Assembly (NCBI GenBank): GCA_963843335.1
Contig: CAWJKF010000008.1
Coordinates: 235,187-299,186, forward strand
DNA from: an uncultured Chloroflexia bacterium
GTDB lineage: Bacteria > Chloroflexota > Limnocylindria > Limnocylindrales > CSP1-4
Direction of reading: 5' to 3'
Length of the DNA stretch: 64,000 nt
Positions 61,082 to 64,000 of this stretch are shown piece after piece (position 1 is the first letter of the stretch; the number at the start of each line of letters is the position of its first letter). Below the pieces are notes generated by a model that saw nothing but the letters and a program-made list of their open reading frames with translations, did no database searches and had not been told where the DNA came from. The translations under genes and the position numbers were made by a program.

Positions 61082-61223
61082 CGGGGTCTCGCTGGCGGTA
61101 GTCGGTGTGAGGCGCGTCCTGCGCGGCACGCAAGCCGATACCGGAGCCTAGCAGACACCACGGGAGCGGCGAGCATGCGACTCGGCGGCAGCCCGGATAC
61201 AGCGCGTGTGCCGGGCCGGAGCT

Positions 61224-61240
61224 TTGCAAGCATCCTGCAA
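61224..61240. promoter_or_regulatory. Imperfect palindrome TTGCAAG-cat-CCTGCAA, possible LacI-type operator
   Basis: Lies upstream of the sugar ABC operon; resembles TGCAAGCGCTTGCA-type sites but is one base longer. Confidence 0.3.
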
Positions 61241-61358
61241 GGCCCCACCGGATCGGATGCGCCTTGGTGGACCCACCCGCGCCCTACGGTCCCATGGTCG
61301 CAGGATCGGTATCGCGGCGCGTCCGCGCTTCGCCCCCGCTGCTCCAGGAGGATGGGTT

Positions 61359-62615
61359 ATGCAACGACATCGAGGCATCGGACTCACCACTGCGGCACTG
61401 GCAGTCGGGGTGCTGGCCGCTGGGTCGATCCCAGCGATGGCCCAGAGCCCCGCCGCGAGCACGGGGACGGACTGGGCATCGACCATCAGCGGGCCCGTGG
61501 TCCTGTCGGGGTGGCAGTCCTCGCCGGCCGAGGGCAACGCCCTGACGCAGACGTTGCTGGGTTTCCAGGCGAAGTACCCCAACATCAAGGTCGACTACCA
61601 GCCGGTCGCTGGTGACTACCCCACGGTCATGGCGGCGAAGATCGCCTCCGGTGACGTGCCGGACCTGTTCTACGTCAACGCCGACTATGCGCAGCAGTGG
61701 ATCACCGATGGGTACCTGTACCCCCTCGACGACGACATCGCGAAGTCCGGCTTCGACCCCAGCGCCTTCTACCCGGCCTACGCTGACATCTTCAAGCAGG
61801 ACGGCAAGACCTACGGCTTCCCGAAGGACGGGAACACCATCGCGATGGCGTACGACACGGACATCGTGAAGACGCCGCCGACCACGATGGCGGATCTCCA
61901 GACGGCTGCCGAGAGCCTCAAGGGATCACCCGGCATCACGGCTCCGCTGTGTCTCAACCCGGGACTCGACCGCGGCCTCGCGTTCCTGTACGCCAATGGT
62001 GGCGAGCTGCTGAACGCGGACGGTACCGCCAGTGACATCACCAGCGACGCCTCCAAGGCCGCCGTGCAGTGGTACCTGGACATGTTCAAGAACGGCCTGG
62101 CCATGACCGCCAGCGACCTTGGCGCGGGCTGGTGCGGCGAGGCACTGGGCAAGGGCTCTGCCGCCATCGCCTTCGAGGGCGGCTGGCTCGACCCGTACAT
62201 GACGAGCACCTTCCCGGACATCAAGTACGCCTGGGCAGAGATGCCCGTGGGTACGTCCGGCAAGCCGGTGACCATCGCGTTCACCGTCTCGTATTCCATC
62301 GGCGCCGACTCCCCCAACAAGGATGAGGCGTTCGCGCTGGCGACCTACCTGACCGGCCCCGAGGGGATGGCCAAGTGGACCGGCACCGGCGTGGCGCTCC
62401 CGTCGCGCTCGGACGTCCCGGCCCCCGCCAGCCTGGACGTGCTCGCCAAGGGCAGTGCCTATGCGCGACCTGGCTCCGGGTTCATGCCTGGTTGGACGGA
62501 CGTCCAGAAGGCCTTCCAGGACGCATTCACCTCCGAGATCCAGAACAAGACCTTCGATGCCGGCACCGTGGTCACCGCCACGGACGCTGCCATCACGAAG
62601 GCGCTTGCCAAGTAG
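61359..62615 (+). CDS. Carbohydrate ABC transporter substrate-binding protein (CUT1, MalE-like)
   Basis: GGAGG RBS; signal peptide followed by QSPAAS; YPNIKV, VPDLFY, KTYGFP and AFEGGW. Confidence 0.9.
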   Translation: MQRHRGIGLTTAALAVGVLAAGSIPAMAQSPAASTGTDWASTISGPVVLSGWQSSPAEGNALTQTLLGFQAKYPNIKVDYQPVAGDYPTVMAAKIASGDVPDLFYVNADYAQQWITDGYLYPLDDDIAKSGFDPSAFYPAYADIFKQDGKTYGFPKDGNTIAMAYDTDIVKTPPTTMADLQTAAESLKGSPGITAPLCLNPGLDRGLAFLYANGGELLNADGTASDITSDASKAAVQWYLDMFKNGLAMTASDLGAGWCGEALGKGSAAIAFEGGWLDPYMTSTFPDIKYAWAEMPVGTSGKPVTIAFTVSYSIGADSPNKDEAFALATYLTGPEGMAKWTGTGVALPSRSDVPAPASLDVLAKGSAYARPGSGFMPGWTDVQKAFQDAFTSEIQNKTFDAGTVVTATDAAITKALAK

Positions 62616-62634
62616 TCGATCCGTCGCCGTATCC

Positions 62635-62668
62635 GAAGCCGGGGCCGGCATCCGCTGGCCCCGGCTTC
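62635..62668 (+). terminator. Intercistronic stem-loop after the substrate-binding gene (attenuator or mRNA stabiliser)
   Basis: gaagccggggccggc-atcc-gctggccccggcttc near-perfect 15-bp stem. Confidence 0.6.
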
Positions 62669-62672
62669 GACC

Positions 62673-63623
62673 ATGCCTGCGATGAACATCCGCTCCGCGA
62701 CCTCCGGATCGCCGCGCTCATCGCGCCGACCCGAGGCCATCGCCGGGTACCTGTTCATCGCCGTCCCGGTCCTGCTGTTCCTGATCCTCAACATCGGGGC
62801 GCTGGTGTACGCGGTGTACATCAGTGTCTGGAAGTGGAACCTGCGAACCGGCCCGGTCGCGTTCATCGGTCTCCAGAACTACCAGGACGCGCTGGCCGAT
62901 CCCGTCTTCCAGACGGCCATCAAGAACACGCTCTACTACACGGCCGTGTGGGTGCCCTTGACGATGACCCTGGGGCTCTCCCTGGCCCTGATCGTCAACC
63001 AGAAGCTGCGTGGCCAGACCTTCTTCCGGGGCGCGTTCTACTTCCCGGCCATCGCCAGCTCGGCGGCCATCACGATGCTGTGGGTGTTCATCATGGCGCC
63101 CGACGGCCTGTTCAATGGTGTTCGCGGGCTGCTGGGCCTGGACCCACTGTTCGAGCTGTTCGGCTACGGGCCGCACCAGAACTGGATCGGTGACCAGCGC
63201 ACCGCGATGAACACGGTCATCCTGCTCAACGCGTGGACCACGTCGGGCACGTTCATGCTGTTCTACCTCGCGTCCCTGCAGTCCATCAGCAACCAGGTCT
63301 ACGAGGCGGCCGCCATCGACGGGGCCAGCTGGTGGCAGGCGTTCTGGAAGGTGACGATGCCGCTCCTGCGGCCGGGCCACTTCTTCGTGGCGACCGTCGC
63401 GGTCATCGGTGGGCTGCAGCTGTTCGACCAGGCGCTCATCGGCGGCGGCGTCAACGGTGACCCCAACAACGCCCTGATGACCATGGTCCTGTACCTGTAC
63501 AACGCCGCCTTCCGGCAGTTCAACTTCAGCTACGCCGCCGCGATCGGGCTCATCCTGTTCGTGCTCATCTTCAGCGCGACGCTGGTCCAGCGGAAGCTGT
63601 TCGGGACGGCGCCCCAGTGGTGA
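62673..63623 (+). CDS. Carbohydrate ABC transporter permease
   Basis: FIGLQNY, FRGAFYFP and EAA motif YEAAAIDGASWWQAFWKVTMPLL. Confidence 0.92.
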   Translation: MPAMNIRSATSGSPRSSRRPEAIAGYLFIAVPVLLFLILNIGALVYAVYISVWKWNLRTGPVAFIGLQNYQDALADPVFQTAIKNTLYYTAVWVPLTMTLGLSLALIVNQKLRGQTFFRGAFYFPAIASSAAITMLWVFIMAPDGLFNGVRGLLGLDPLFELFGYGPHQNWIGDQRTAMNTVILLNAWTTSGTFMLFYLASLQSISNQVYEAAAIDGASWWQAFWKVTMPLLRPGHFFVATVAVIGGLQLFDQALIGGGVNGDPNNALMTMVLYLYNAAFRQFNFSYAAAIGLILFVLIFSATLVQRKLFGTAPQW

Positions 63624-63630
63624 CCCGGTC

Positions 63631-64000
63631 GTGACCGCGTCCTCCACGCCGGCCCCCATCGTGGCGAGCACCGCCGTGCAGCCCACGGACGGTGGCTGGC
63701 GGTGGCGCCGCCGGGCCGCGTACACGCTGCTCATCGGCTATGCCGTGCTGATGTTCATCCCGTTCGGCTGGTCGGTGATCACGTCCTTCAAGACCCTGCC
63801 GGACTCCGTGACGCTGTCCATCATCCCGCATCCATTCACCCTCCAGGGGTGGCAGTACGCGTGGAACGAGATGCAGCCACCGCTGCCGGTCCTGTTCCTC
63901 AACAGCGCCGTGCTGGCGGCCATCATCACGGCCACCAACCTGGTCCTGGGCAGCATCGCGGGCTATGCCTTCGCTCGTCTCCGCTTCCCGGGGCGAGAGC
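63631..64000 (+). CDS. Second carbohydrate ABC permease (truncated by window end)
   Basis: FIPFGWSVITSFK, FLNS and AGYAFARLRFPGR. Confidence 0.85.
   Translation, partial: MTASSTPAPIVASTAVQPTDGGWRWRRRAAYTLLIGYAVLMFIPFGWSVITSFKTLPDSVTLSIIPHPFTLQGWQYAWNEMQPPLPVLFLNSAVLAAIITATNLVLGSIAGYAFARLRFPGRE

Noticed and set aside
61082-61230. Leucine attenuator leader peptide upstream of leuC
   Set aside because: No short ORF with a Leu-codon run and no terminator/antiterminator pair.

Overview
Very GC-rich (roughly 70% by eye, not computed) bacterial chromosomal segment with about 55 genes. Gene content suggests Chloroflexota, possibly Limnocylindria-like (inference). It holds argC, a VapBC-type toxin-antitoxin pair, an archaeal-type DUF5612/ACT protein, a class III aminotransferase, an FMN-riboswitch-controlled NitT/TauT (RibXY-like) ABC transporter and korAB. 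It also holds copA with a CsoR-type operator, a GH18 hydrolase, an RCK potassium channel, a PrsW-like pseudo-protease coupled to an S53 sedolisin, a two-component system and an eda-kdgK sugar-acid operon. The right half has two fabF paralogues plus fabD, two sugar ABC systems, IclR, ilvD, leuCD and an ECF sigma/NHL anti-sigma pair. I found no rRNA, tRNA, CRISPR array or transposase. Many genes are split by single-base indels, most likely long-read or assembly errors, so their coordinates are composite. The main unexplained signal is a set of four ~200-230 bp intergenic elements in two families, bounded by ~26 bp imperfect inverted repeats. Most arms start with a 5-bp stem/3-nt loop hairpin, giving a REPIN/MITE-like architecture with no mobilising enzyme in the window. 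Other notable items are the apparently catalytically dead double-zinc-ribbon PrsW homologue coupled to a secreted sedolisin, a structurally atypical FMN riboswitch, and several candidate operators.
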